This document shows positions 35,877 through 49,204 of a stretch of DNA of 64,000 nt, piece after piece. The stretch spans positions 133,796,001-133,860,000 of the forward strand of contig NC_091474.1 in assembly GCF_036971445.1 (NCBI RefSeq). Reading direction: 5' to 3'. The notes beneath the pieces were generated by a model. It had not been told where the DNA came from. It searched no databases and saw only the letters and a list, made by a program, of their open reading frames with translations. Each line of letters starts with the position of its first letter. The first letter of the stretch is position 1. Both the position numbers and the translations under genes were made by a program. Source of the stretch: Narcine bancroftii. Taxonomy: Eukaryota.

Positions 35877-38800
35877 GTAGCTCATTGCTACACTGCAAAT
35901 CTCATGAAAAGAAGGAGTCAATGACCAGTCCATCTACTTTAAAAGTGCTGGAGATAAAAAAAAGTGGAGTCCTCTTGACACAAAGAATGCAATAGGGTGA
36001 AGATCTGAAACATGTTTCCTCAAGTAACTATTTCAGCTCATGCCTTGGTGTTCAACATATAAAGTTTCAAAGGCTTCAGACAATGGATCAGGGTGTCTTT
36101 CTGAAATATCACAAATTCTCTGTTGATAACAAGGTTTTTCCAAAGTGGTACAAAATAAAATTGTCCAGTCTCCACGTAATCAACACTCATCTGTTTCTTT
36201 CTCAAAGAATAACGGCAAATTAGTGCAAACAAGACTGTGAAAGCTAATCACGGTAGGTCAGTAGAGGAGACAATCAGATGCTATTAAATGACAGAGCAGG
36301 TTTCAGGTGGTCTACTCTGTCTCCTGAATCGGAGAAGGAATTTTAATTTTTAATTTAAAATTTTACTGATACAGCATGGAAGAAGGTCCTTCAAGCCCAT
36401 GAAACCTGTGCAATCCAATTTCACCCAATTAACCCACAAAACTCATACCTTTTGATTATCTAGCGATTCAAGTTAGCCGCTTAAGAAAGTGAATAATTCA
36501 GGGTTTATCCTGAAGTTGAAGACTTTATGTCCAAAGTTGCCAAATAATTGAAATAATTTAATTGTGATGCAATATATGCAATAAAATTTAATTAATTCCA
36601 AAGATTGTGCAGAAAAACTGTGCTGATCGATTTTAAAAGGAAGAAATTCTGTTGTGACATTTAACTTTTATTCTGACGATTTACAGAAGTGAGCAAGTGA
36701 GCACGAGAGAAAGAGATCTAAGAACATGTATTTATAGCAATATCATTCACAATCTCAGGTCATAGCAAAGAGCTTTGCAACTAATAAAGTATGCAGGAGT
36801 GTGCTGATAGTGTACTGTGGGATAGATCGGTCTTGCTACATCCTTGCTGTGAATGAAATTATTTTCTTAAAGTTGGGTTTTAGTCGCCTGTTAAATAAAA
36901 ATAATGAGCTTCGAATGATTGCCTGCAGAGAACCTGCATGTGCAAAGATCACCTCCAACTCCGGTCACAGTGATCTGTGGCCGACCACATATAAGCTCAA
37001 TGTCTCAGAACTCCTAGCTCCCTTGTGTAATGCAGTACAATGCTCCTTAATCACATAATGAAAGTCAGACATACATTATGGGTCACTGGTGCAAATGGTG
37101 AAGCTCCAAAGCACATAGAGAACTGCAGTTCTGATTTGATTTGCATTTTAACATAGGATAAACATCTCCCTGTAACTGCAGCAGGTCTATCGATTTTAAG
37201 GAACACTAAGGTTATTAAAAGAAGCAAGGCAAGGCAAAAACATTTAATAGTACATCTCCAGAAATCAATAGCTAAATTGCCATACATTCAAAGTGACTAT
37301 TTCTTCAAAATTAACTCAATGTTTTGTGCACTGCATCGTTTATTTCCAGCATATCATAAGTACCACATTTTGATGATTAAGCTTTACATTGTTAGTGCAT
37401 TAGTTAACATAAGAGCAACAGAAGAATTCATGGCTGCATTCAAGTGCATGAAGAATTTGATAGGAAATCTATTAACTGACGAGTTCCCATGATAATTGAA
37501 CCACTTAAAATTTGAGTTATTGAAGTAAATGTTACAATTTAGCTCTCCCACTCTGAACCTTCACACCTACATTCCTAATACATGTTCCTGTGATGCAAAG
37601 CTCCTCTGGGAGAACTAATTTGTTCCACTAACCTTGTTGAGTACACTCTGGGTCAAAGTTTCTGGGTAGTCATTTGGCAAAAACTTTGAGATAGCTCCCT
37701 GAGGCACCTGTCATGAGAAGCCCATGAAAAATAGGCTGTGGGTAACTTACAGTGGACAAAATTATTCATAAAATACAAAGGAGCAAGTGACTTGGTAGTG
37801 TTTGATGCTTTATGAGTTTGAAAGATGATGGCTCTCTCTCAAAGAAGGAATAATCCAATAAATGATTTTAATGCAGAGTAGATGCTTTGACCGGCAAAAT
37901 AGATCAAAGCCAAGGTCAGGAATACAATTAAACTGATAATTTGTCATCCAAATGGAAATCCTGGTGGTTCACCCAACTCATTAGACCAGAATGTGGGCCA
38001 GAGACCAGAGTGCAATGGGGATGAACAGTCAGAGCCAGTGGAGTGGGGAGCGGCTGGGTGTGAGATCCTGTTTTGCGGGTCAGCTGTGCAGTCAGAGTGC
38101 TTGTCTATTTCCCATTCCCTTTAAATTCAGCAGATTCACTGGAAAATGTGTTAGACTGCTCTGTGGCATGTAAAAAAAGATATAATTGTGAAATGCACAG
38201 AATGCAAGTGCTGGAATCCTGAAGAAAAAAAAATTGCTGGAGCAACTCATTGGATCAGGCAGTATCCATTGGTAGAAATGGTTAGGCAATATTTTGTGCC
38301 TGTGTATTATTGGGACAAAAATCTAATTGTCCAGAAATTTTTTGTTCTGGTGTGACCAAAGTCCCAAGGGTGCTGAACCAGCTGCGTAAAATAGTCATTA
38401 ATAAGTTAAATGCAGAATGCAGGAGTAAATCTAAGGTGTCTAGTCTGGATGGATTGAAACAAACACCGAATAAAAGAGAGAGAAAGGCACACGAGCACAT
38501 ACTGTGAGGGTGTGATGCCAGATGGCAGGAGCACTACTGTAGAATAAACAGTCCTGTGGAATATCAGTGATGCCATTGGAATAATGCCTATCCAGAGACT
38601 ACTTTAGCTACACCTACTTCACGACATACTTCCATATCCAAATAAATGCACACTCTGCACAATGGTTCAATGGAAATCTGTCATTGAAAAAAAATGTTGT
38701 GACATGCTGACAGTTTCTTTAATTGTAGTAACATTTTATTGTTGCCTAAAAATGGAGTCCAAGCTACGAATTGAGTTGTTTGCTGTTGACATTATTCACA

Positions 38801-39066
38801 ATCTTGATGTAGCTTAAATGTAATAAGAAAATTAAATATAGCCTGGTTTATAATGTGCACAGCCAATTTGAATTCCCAATTCTAGGTTTAAAATGTTGGT
38901 AAAATACCTATAATATCTGACCGACACGATTTTGGAGGTGGGGTGGGGGGGATGGTTGCTGATTGCATTCAGAGATGTCATCAGTTAGAGGATACATTGT
39001 GGATCTAAGACAATATGTGGTTCAGATTCCAGATGCAGTATTCTTCCCCCTCACCTTCCTCTAAAC

Positions 39067-39639
39067 CAGTGGTTTTCAAACTTCCCCCCTAAACTCAAGC
39101 AAAATTATTCAGTAACAATTGGGCCTAGAGCAGTAGCTCTCAACATTTTTTCCCCACTCACCGGCTACCTTAAGCAATCCCTTACTAATTACAGAGTACT
39201 TATGGCAGTGGTTCTCAACCTTTTTTTTTCCACTTACATAATACTTTAAGTAATCCCTATGCCATCAGTGCTCAGTGATTACTAAGGGATTGCTCAAGGT
39301 GCTATGTGAGTGAGAAGGGAAGGTTGAGAATCACTGCTCTTGACTGTCTAAATTGTTACTGAAATATTTTAATTGAGAAAAATTGTCATTGGTCCATTTC
39401 CTTTGGACTTATGAAACTATGCACATAACAAGTCAATTAGGTACGATTAAAACAGTGGTTTGCAAACTTTTTCTTTCCACCTACATACCACCTTAACCAA
39501 TCCCTCACTAATCACAGAGCCCCTATGGCATAGGGAATACTTAGAATGATGTAAGAATGGAAAGAAAAGATTGAGAACGTCTGACTTATGGCATAGGAAT
39601 TGCTTAATATGAGTTTAGGGGGGCAGTTGAAAACCACTG
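39067..39639. mobile_element. Outer hAT MITE
   Basis: TIRs of about 30 bp (CAGTGGTTTTCAAACTTCCCCCCTAAACTCA / TGAGTTTAGGGGGGCAGTTGAAAACCACTG). Degenerate TSD CTCTAAAC/CTTTAAAG. Confidence 0.8.
39206..39583. mobile_element. Inner composite hAT MITE, same family as 26131-26494 in opposite orientation
   Basis: Perfect 8-bp TSD ACTTATGG (39198-39205 and 39584-39591). The spacer is the reverse complement of 26252-26360. Confidence 0.88.
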
Positions 39640-39681
39640 CTTTAAAGTTAGACACCTGCAATATCCTGCCACCAGCATTAC

Positions 39682-40406
39682 CTTGGGCTTATGGGGATTC
39701 TTTGGTTAAAGGGGACAGAGGGGTTGATTTACCTGAAATTTTACAAGGGACCTGCATTTCGCCCAGGCTGCCTCGCATCTCACCTCTGGGCCCAGACACA
39801 GGCCATTGCTTCCTCTGTGAACTAGCTGCCAGTGTAGCCAGAATGGCTGTTCTCAACCACTCCGAGCCCACTCCATCTGAGGCCAAACTCACATCCATCT
39901 CTAGGCCTGGGCTGCTTCATTGTCCAGGCTAAGGCCCATTGTTGTGGGAATGACACTGGGTAATGCAACAGAGACCCTCTGATGTCATCACGCAGAGATG
40001 CAGGAAAATCATGGCAAGTCATTCCATCCCTCAGCTGCAGTGCTACACTTGGGCTGCGACCACCCTGTCACGTGATGCCCAGCCCTGGCATATGTGCGCT
40101 GATATCACAGGACCTGAACACTGACGCTGAGTGCCATTTCCCCAGCGACTAGCTGGTTCCTGGAGGAGGCCGTGGTCCATGTCTGTACCCTGGGTTGGAA
40201 GCGAGTTATGTAGCCCCCTGTGTGAGAATGTGCCCAGGGCCGTTCTGTAGTGGAACAGGGCCACCATTATTGTTCATTTGTTTATCTTTTCTGCTTTCTT
40301 TGTCCAATTTTTTTTCTTCTTGTACTGCCTAAATTTTCACCAGTGTTTTATTCGAATTTGGGAGGGCAGTTGCCCTGTCCCCCTTCCCCTGTGTCATATG
40401 CTAATG
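39682..40406. mobile_element. GC-rich non-autonomous hAT-like element
   Basis: Perfect 8-bp TSD AGCATTAC (39674-39681 and 40407-40414). Degenerate termini CTTGGGCTTATG / CATATGCTAATG. Imperfect internal palindrome centred near 39985. Confidence 0.6.
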
Positions 40407-42659
40407 AGCATTACGACCACTTACCAACATCCTTCCCCCGCAAATACAACCCACACCCTTCCCTGCAGCCTTAAGCCCTTCACCTCTAACCTTTCACTGC
40501 TCAAATAAAAAGTCTTTTATCCGTAAAGTTAACCATTTCTCTGTCCACAGATGCTGCCTGACCTGTGTGCTTCCAGGACTCTCATTATTACAACATTTTA
40601 CATTTTTGCTTTTTTTTTTACAAACTTTTCTCAGTACATGGGCTCTTCCAGGCTTTGCCTATCTCCCAGCAGACTGTACCAGTAAGAAAGAGAACCGTAT
40701 TAATGTAACTGTCATACAATCCTTACTGGAACATAATCTCCCATTGCTGAATCAACACTCTGGAATTCTCTAACTTCTACAATATTAACTCAGAAGCTTT
40801 TCAATGAGGCCCACTACTCAAAGTTGCCTGGGGTGGGTGATTAAAAAGTAACCTCCAAAATTGTGTTAATCCTTCAGGAAATCACAAAACAGCTTCTATT
40901 TCCTCTAATTTTACTTGCTATCAACACACATAATAAAAAGGGTGACTGGCTACTATAAATTATCCATGGTGTGGGTGCATTAGTCAGATAATGGGAGTGG
41001 AGTGTCAATGAATTTCAGAGAAATACATAGGAGTATGGGAATGATAAAATAACTTTCAGAGCTGAAGTAGACTCAGTGAGCTGAATGGTCTCCTCCTCAG
41101 GAGATAGGAAAAATATGAGAAAATGGTGCATGTTCATTTGATTAGATTGTGATGCATGTACAAACCTAGAGTGTGGTGCTCAAGGCAGCAACATCATATA
41201 AATACTATTCAATCCTTCATGTAACTGAGACAATACTACAAGAGCAAATGGCCATTAATGCCAAGGATCAAAAATTATGCCTGGTTTCTAATTTGCAAAT
41301 GATCTTGCGATGTGAGACCATTTATCTTTTTAAACTGTATTAAGATCTCAGTGATCTGAATGCTTGAATCTGATGCCATTTGACAAGGAATCTCTGCCAA
41401 CAGCCAGCTTCCTATCTAATTTTGAAATACTCTGTAAGTGACAGTGAAGCAAGCATTGAATACAGGAAGAGCAGCTCCAGTCTGATACTCAAGGGCACAA
41501 TGTCTGTCTATTGTTGATGGCTCAAGCAACATCGCAAGTCTACGCAGCAATGAAGTCATACTTTGATCTAAGAAGTACAAGACATGAGACCCACATCACA
41601 TGACCACAGGTCAGATGCCAAGACAAACCAGGCTCTTCAACTCACTTTGTCTTTGAACGCGATGCTCAAATTAAACCAAAACTCTATTGCTTACACATGA
41701 TACAGGTCCCTCAATTCCTTTCACATTCAATCCTACTTTTGAATCTGCTTCCACCACTACCAACAGCACCCACTTTAGCCACCTATCTGCCTCTGTGCCC
41801 ACACATTTCCTTTATCTCCCCCACCTCCCCTCTAAACTTAAATTCATATAGACATAAAACAGCCACATAATTTTATTGGAAATATGAACAGGGTTATAGG
41901 GTGGGTTTGTTTCTGATCTAAATAAAGTGTTTCCAACAGAAAGCTTCTGGAAAGGCAACTTCCTCACATTGAAGAGAATCAGTTTGAAAACGTGACATCG
42001 AATAAGGCTTTGGATCAAAAGTTTTAATCTGACAGGCATGTCAACTTTGTGAAGTTGACACATTTGTGAAAGGGTTTTGGAAATGGATTACAAATTGGAA
42101 TCATATGCCTGGGTATCACTCTCAAAGTACTCCCACACACAAATAACATAGATGTAGGTTTAAAAACATACTCCAAAGCATTGTGCACAAATGTCAAAGC
42201 AGGACACTTGAAGCATCTTTTGCACCATGTCAGGTTACCAGCTGCACAGTAGAGTGTTTGACAATGATTAACAAGGACTTGTTTGATCAAATTATCTACG
42301 TGTGAGCTCAGAAATTTCTCTTTGGCTTACCTTGATATGACAAAGTGGCGTTGATCCTGAAAGTCAGGAAGTTGCAAGTAGCCCCACTGCTGTAAGTGAC
42401 CTTTAGTTTGATAACAAACTTATCCAATTGATAATGGTGGCTTCAAACACAATTGCCTTCCACATATACTTACTGAATGCCCAGACAAAATATTTATGGA
42501 AAATATGCTTCTGCTGATGTCTGCCCTCTGAACAATTCAATAGATATCACCTCTAAAATTATATAATGCATGCTAAAATTCACAGCACAGAGGGAACATG
42601 AACCCTCAGCCTCACCTTTCTACCAAGTGGGTAAAACTCACCTCCAACCTCAGAAATGT

Positions 42660-42882
42660 GGGTGGCACGAATAGTTTCGGAGTGAGCACAATGCTATTAC
42701 TGTGCCAGCAACCCGGGTTCAAACCCGGTGCTGTCTGTAAGAGGTTTGTACATCCTGCCCGTGTCTAGATGGGTTTTCCCCATGTGTTCTGGTTTTCTCA
42801 CACCCTCCAAAATGTATAGAACTGCTGGGTAATTTGAATGTAATTGGTTTAAATGGCCAGAATCAGCTTCTACCTTGCTGTA
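42660..42882 (+). mobile_element. V-SINE (HE1-like)
   Basis: tRNA-like head with B box GGTTCAAACCC (42717-42727) and the V-domain 'GTTTGTACATCCTGCCCGTG'. Confidence 0.8.
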
Positions 42883-42899
42883 AACTTTACTGAAACTAT

Positions 42900-45690
42900 C
42901 TCTTCTCTCACTTCCCACAAGGACCTGTGATACATCACGTCTGGCCATGGGATCCTATCAATCTTGATGTTTTTTAAGAAGATCCAACATTTCTTTTTTT
43001 TCTTAATCTCCACATTGTCCAGCACACAGGCCTGTTCTGTTTCGACTTCACCCTGATCAAGGTCCTTTTCTCTTGTAAATACTCCCTAACCTCCTCCACC
43101 CCCAGGAACATGTTGCGTCCTTAATCGACCCCACCTTCATTCTCATCATCTTTTTGTTTTTACATAAGCATAGAACGCCTTGGGGTTCTCCTTAATCCTA
43201 CATGCCAAGGCCTTCTCATTCCCCATTGAGTTCTCCTAAGTCCTTTCTTAAGCTCCTTCCTGGCTATGATATAATTCTCATGAACCCTTCCTGTTTTTTT
43301 TTTCTAAATCTAATGTATGCTTCCTTCTTCCTCTTGGCGAGTTGCCTGACCTATTTTGTTGGCCACTGTTCTCTTTTGCAACCATATTTTCCTTGTCCCA
43401 GTGGATTCTGAAACCAGCACAAGTGGTCCCAAACTTCCTCCACATTACTTCTGTGCTTTCACCTTTGAACATCTGTTTCCAATGTACTCTTGCTAGTTCC
43501 TGCCTCATCCTTTCATAATTAGCCCTTCCTCAGTTAAACAATTTCACATTTTGTCTTTTTTTAAATCCTTTTCCATGGCTATGTTGAAGCGGAAGAAGTT
43601 GTGGTCCCCCTCACCTAAATGGTCCCCCACTGAGAGGTGTGCCACTTGACCAGTTTCATTTCTCAGAACCAGATCCAGTATGGCCTCTCATCTAGTTGGC
43701 CAGTCTACATACTGTGTCAGGAATTCTTCCTAAACACACCTGACAAACCCAGCCCATCCATCCCTCTTGCAGTCACGAGGTGCCAGTCAATATTAGAGAA
43801 GTTGAAATCACCCTGAACTTCCCACACCATTCCAAAATCTGCCTACTTCTCCACTCCTCGGTGTCCTGAGGGGTATTTGGGAGTGTATAGACGACTCCCA
43901 GCACAGTGATAGATCCTTCCTATTGCTGACTTCCACACACACTGATTCAGTGGACTCACCCTCTGCAGCGTCCTCCCTTCCTAGAGCTGTAATACTGTCA
44001 CTGACCAGTAATGCTACTCCCTCCAGCCCTTTTTCTACCTCCTATCCTATTCCTTTTAAAAAACCTAAACCCCAGTACCTGCATCAGCCAATCTTGCCCT
44101 TCTTCCAGTCAAGTTTCAGTAACAGCCACAACATCATAGTTCCATGTACTAATCCATGCTCTAAGATCATCCCCTTTATTCTTAATACTCCTATTGTTGA
44201 AAAAGTTACATTTCAACCCCCCTAACTGGCTACATTTATGTTTTGTCTCCTGACTGATCTTCCTCACCAACTCAGAACACATAGCATCATGCTTTTGTCC
44301 TTTTACCCTAATCTCTGTACTCACATTCTGATTCCCACCCCCTTGCCAAACGAGTTTAAACCTTCCACAACAGCTCTAGCAAATCTGACTGCAAGGATAT
44401 TGGTCCCTTTCCAGTTCATCCTTTTTGTTCAGGTCAGACCTTCCGCAAAAGAGATCCCAATGACCCAGAAATCTGAACCCCCACTCCCTGCACCAACTCT
44501 TTAGCCACAACTTCCTGTTCATATCCTCTCTAGCACAAGGCACAAGCAGCAATCCTGTGATTACCACCCTTGAGGTCCTGCTTTTTAACTTCTTTCCTAA
44601 CTCCCTATATTCGCTCTTCAGGACCTCATCTCTCCTCCTATCTATGTCATTGGTCTCCATGTGGACCACAACATCTAGCTACTCACCCTCCCCCCCACCC
44701 ACCCCCGAATGCTATGAACTCGATTAGAGACATCCCTGACCCTGGCACCTGGGAAGAAATATACCATCCAGGAGCTTCAATCTCATTCACCAAACCTCTT
44801 TTCTACACACCTAACCAATGAATCCCCTATTACCATAGCTCTCCTCTTCCCCCCCCCCTTCCCTTCTAGCCAAGGGGCCAGCCTCTGCACCAGAGATGTG
44901 ACCATCATGATTGGTCCCTAGTAGATCATCTCCCTCAACAGAATCCAAAACTATATACTTGTTGTTGAGGGAAATGGCCACAGAAGTACTTTGCATTGTT
45001 TGTCTCTTCCCCTTCCCACTCCTAACAGTCACCCAGTTATCATCTCCTGACTTTTAGGAGTGACTACCTCCCTGAAGCTCCTCTCTATCACTCCTGAATG
45101 ATCCTGAGTTCATCCAGCTCCAGATCCAGTTCCTTAACATGGTCTCGCAGGAGCTGGAGCTGGATGCACTTCTTGCAGGTGTTGACATCAGGGACACTTG
45201 TAATGTCCCAGATTTCCCACATCCTGTAGGTGGAGTATTCGTCTGGCCTAGCTGATGACTGCATGAACTCTTCCTAATTATATTCAAAGATATTACCTTA
45301 TTAGGATCAAGCTCATCCTCAGCCTCTGCTCACTGAAGCCTCATGAGCCAAAGCCTCTAAGCCTCACTCCTACTCTGAGACACTCACACACTGACCGCTC
45401 TGCTTGACCCACCCCTCTTTTTATTTGTCACTTCCCCTTATCTTAATTATTCCTACCACCAATCACTGTTCTATTTACCCCTTAACTTACTTTTTAAAGG
45501 CACTCACCTCCAGCTGGCTCTTGACAGTCCCTGCTCTCTTGAGTCCCATGCTCCCCACAACAGTCCTGAGATATTCATGTCCCGAGTCCCACTCTGCTCT
45601 TTTTTAAAGGTTTTCACTTCCAGCTGGCTCCCGACAATCCCAGCACTCGTGAGTCCCATGCTCCTTGTAATGGTCCCGAGATGCCTTTGC
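42900..45690 (-). mobile_element. CR1 LINE 5' half (5' UTR, ORF1 with Cys-rich region and esterase, ORF2 endonuclease); RT and 3' end missing
   Basis: 'MVHMETNDIDRRRDEVLKSEYRELGKKLK..FRFLGHWDLF' and 'NNRSIKNKGDDLRAWISTWNYDVVAVTET'. Ends near the start of the RT domain. Confidence 0.88.
45491..45685. repeat. 110-bp tandem duplication in the CR1 5' UTR
   Basis: TTTTTAAAGG..TCAC.TCCAGCTGGCTC...GAGTCCCATGCTCC occurs at 45491 and 45601. Confidence 0.8.
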
Positions 45691-45814
45691 ATTGCTCTTC
45701 CAACATTGATAGAGTTTAAAATATAGGAGTAGCATTGAGAACTCGCCAATGCAAAATGAAGAAACTGCACATCTGAAATAAATCCAAGTTGCTAGAAATG
45801 CTCATTGGACAGAC

Positions 45815-45816
<2 letters not shown>

Positions 45817-45852
<36 letters not shown>
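45817..45852. repeat. (GA)n microsatellite
   Basis: Read directly from the sequence. Confidence 0.95.
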
Positions 45853-45856
<4 letters not shown>

Positions 45857-46079
45857 TAGATGGTGAGAGAGAGAAAAGGAAGGGAGAGGGAGAAAAACAG
45901 AAAGAGTATAAGAAAGATAGTGCAAATCAAAGAAAGTGACAACATTTCAAGAACTCCATCCAGAGGAGCAAATATCAGTGGAAGATTTATTAGCTGATAG
46001 ACTTGGTCATACTCTGACCAGATGGAAGGAGTGATTTTTGTTGGGTTAACAGTGAGCTTTTTTGGAACAACAGGATAAA

Positions 46080-46188
46080 CACAGAGAAGTGGTAGTGGGA
46101 AGAAGACAGAAATTCCAGTTCAAGATCACATTTTCTTCAAAACACTTAAATCTGCACAGGACTCCAATACAGACAGAACCCTCCCATC

Positions 46189-46233
<45 letters not shown>

Positions 46234-46600
46234 TTCCCTATCCCACTGTTTTCTTTCCTCCAGCTCATCACATCCCTGCCCTCTTCATTCAGAAAGCTAC
46301 CCCTTCAACCTATCATTTCTCAGCATTTTTTCTCTTCTGCCCTCTCACCTCTACCCCTGACCTCTTGCCTGTTGGCTTGTGCTCCTCCCCATGCCCCTTT
46401 TCCCCTCCTCTCCTTTATGTGCCCCACCTTTTTATTCTGATGCCTGCCTGTTGTTTGGTTATTCCTTGACAAAAGGCTCAGGCCTGAAACATTGTTTATA
46501 TCCCTTTGATTCCTATAGACGTTGTGTGACCTGCTGAGTTTCTCCAGCACTTTTATGTATTGCACGACAATCCCAGCATCCGCAAACTTTCCTGTTTAAC
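46080..46600 (+). mobile_element. Penelope-derived 3' repeat containing (CT)n at 46187-46230
   Basis: Terminal module CCTTGACAAAAGGCTCAGGCCTGAAAC (46464-46490) and a GACCTGCTGAGTTTCTCCAGC tail. Confidence 0.7.
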
Positions 46601-49204
46601 TCAATATGAACAGGACCACTTTCAGAGTATCCACTTTCCAATATTTATAGGTAATAACAAGAATATATATCCAACAAAGTAAATGTATATTAACAAATAG
46701 CTTTAAACAACCTATAAAAGAGACAAACAAAATATAAAACAAAAACTATTCAGTAATCTAACCCTTCCCTTCTGAAGTTATGATTAAACATTTATGTTCC
46801 ATTACTGCATGAAAGAAAGGATAACCAAACTGTAAAATGGGATCCAATAATCTTATAAATTCTGAAGTATATTGAACTAAATTCAAAAGTAAATCAGTTT
46901 CCATTCACCTGGAGCCACAACCCGTATGGTGGAGGGGAGGAGTGCTGTTTGTTCTTTGTTCAGCATTTTTTTTGGGGGGGATGGTTCATATTGTTTTTTG
47001 ATTAATATATTAGTAATTCATGTTTTGTTAACTTTTTCTTTGTATCTTTTTTCTTCGGGACAGAGACATTCACAGGAGTCGGTTGGGTTCGATGGAGGAG
47101 GCCTGGGACAGTGGGACTGAAAGAGATTTTGGTTTAAGATAAAGGAGGGGAATAATACACTTGATTTTCTTAGTTTTAATGTTAATGGACTGAATAGTGA
47201 GGAGTTTTGACTGAATTAAATTTAATCCTTCATTTCTGACATTCCAATGACTGCTTCTACTTTTGTAGATCCCCTGACAGGGAGCATGACAAGGTTTTTT
47301 TTCTTATTCCCAGACACAGCCTTCCATTTGCTATGTGTGATAAGCAACAGGAGTCACACAGAGGTTAACTGCATCATGTGAAGAACATCAGATGGCAAGA
47401 CCTGTTGGATTCTGTATGCAGAGACCTTTACACTGCTGTGAAGCTCAAGACATCTGCCTCTCCTGCATTACATGCTGGTCAAAACTGTTGAATGTTAACT
47501 CTCTGGATCTTAACACAGAGGTGTCAATGGGAACACATTGCATAATATCGCATCAGTGTATGAACACCGTCTGGTTCAATTGTATTTTCCACTGGTGGTA
47601 AATTGTTGAAGAAAGAAATGTTTGCTGTGTTGTAGCTAACTGGTCAGTGAAAACTGGTAGTAGCTGGAAAAAAAAACTCCACAAAACTGCAGATGCTTAG
47701 ATCTTAAACAAACAATGACCTGCTGGAGGAACTCATCGGGTCAGCTAGTATCCAGGAGTCGAAATAGTAAATCAACATTTTGAGACCCAACCCTTATCGA
47801 GACTAAAGGGGGAAGGAAAGACAGCGAGAATATCAAAGTGTGAAAGAAGTTGGTGAGGAGTTAAAGGTGATAGGGATTTGACAGATGAAGGGAGAGTTGG
47901 GAGGACAGATAGAGGAAGGGGACACTAGCTAGTAAGATAAGTAAGAATTGAAAGTTCAAGAGAGATGGCAACAGTGGAAATAGATAGAGGTGGGGGGAGG
48001 GGTGTGTACTTAAATTGATACAAATCAATGATCATGCATTGAGTTTAAGGCTGTCCAGGAGTAAAACAATGTTCTGTTCCTCACCTTGTGTATAAGGTGG
48101 CATTGTAAGAGAAAAGGATTTTCACACCCTCAAGGTGTCCCAAAATTCTTTACAGCCAATTAAGTAGTTCTGAATAAAGTTCTGTACTTCATTTGTTCTA
48201 TATTTTTCAGTTTCCGATATATTCTTTAATCATCAATCTAACCAACCTTTCTAGACCATGAGAAATGGAGTAGGAATCAGCCACATATACCTCCAGCATG
48301 CTCTACAACTCAATGAGATCTGAACTTGGTTACAGCTCCACCTTCTTGTCTGTTCTTCAATCCTTGACTTTCCCATTTGAATAGATCTGCCTTGAATAGT
48401 ATTCAATGATTCTGCTTTCACAGTCCCTTGAAGTGGAGAATATTAAAAAATTCAGGAGCTTGGGCAGAAACAATGTTTCCTCACCTCCAACTTAAATGGG
48501 TGACTGATTGTGAAACAAAAACAGAAAATGCTGGAAATACTGAATTGATCAGGCCACATTTCCAAGATGCAAACATTTCAGGCCAGAGACCCTTCATCAG
48601 AATGCAAGGATTCTCACGACCTTTTCTGAAACTCTTTCTCCAGGTTTCAAACTCCTCCACAAGGGGAATTCCTCTCTCAGCACTGACTCAGAGTCTTCTG
48701 GGATTCTGTTGATCAGATCTCTCAGCTCCAATGGATTCAGCTTTAATTGTTCCTTATTCAGCAATAATTTTGTGAACTTTCCTTGAACTTCCCCCAGTAA
48801 ATGTACATGCCATCATAAATCAGGAGATCTAAACTGTGCATAGTATTCCTGGTATGTTGTTGCCAACAGTTTTAGGTGAACTTCCTTACTTGTGTATTGT
48901 ATTGTTCTTTCATTTTATAATTTCAGCATCTCCTCCGGACTAACTGTTCTTTTGTTTGTTCTAAAACCATTTTCCTTTATTTTGCCATTTGATCAATTAA
49001 TCTCTCCTCCCTCTCACCCTCCCTTTTGATCACTCTTCTCTTCCTCCTTTTACTTGTTTAAAACTAATTCATCTTCCCCAGCACTGATAAAGGATCATTG
49101 ACCTCAGACACAACTCAACCAGTTTCTCCAGGAATCTTGTCTTAATTTCAGGTTTCCAGCATCTGGAGCATTTTATTTTTATAGTTTTGAATATCTTCTT
49201 TTGA

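Noticed and set aside
45817-46230. (GA)n and (CT)n tracts in inverted arrangement
   Set aside because: Two oppositely oriented Penelope-derived UTRs explain it, and there is no evidence of function.
46464-46490. Apparent U3-A8 compensatory change in the hammerhead core (TTGACAA; TTGATAA at about 27482)
   Set aside because: CpG decay of TTGACGA explains it more simply.
47295-47600. Polypyrimidine-AG acceptor at about 47312 suggesting an exon
   Set aside because: All three frames hit stops soon after, with no convincing donor or recognisable peptide.
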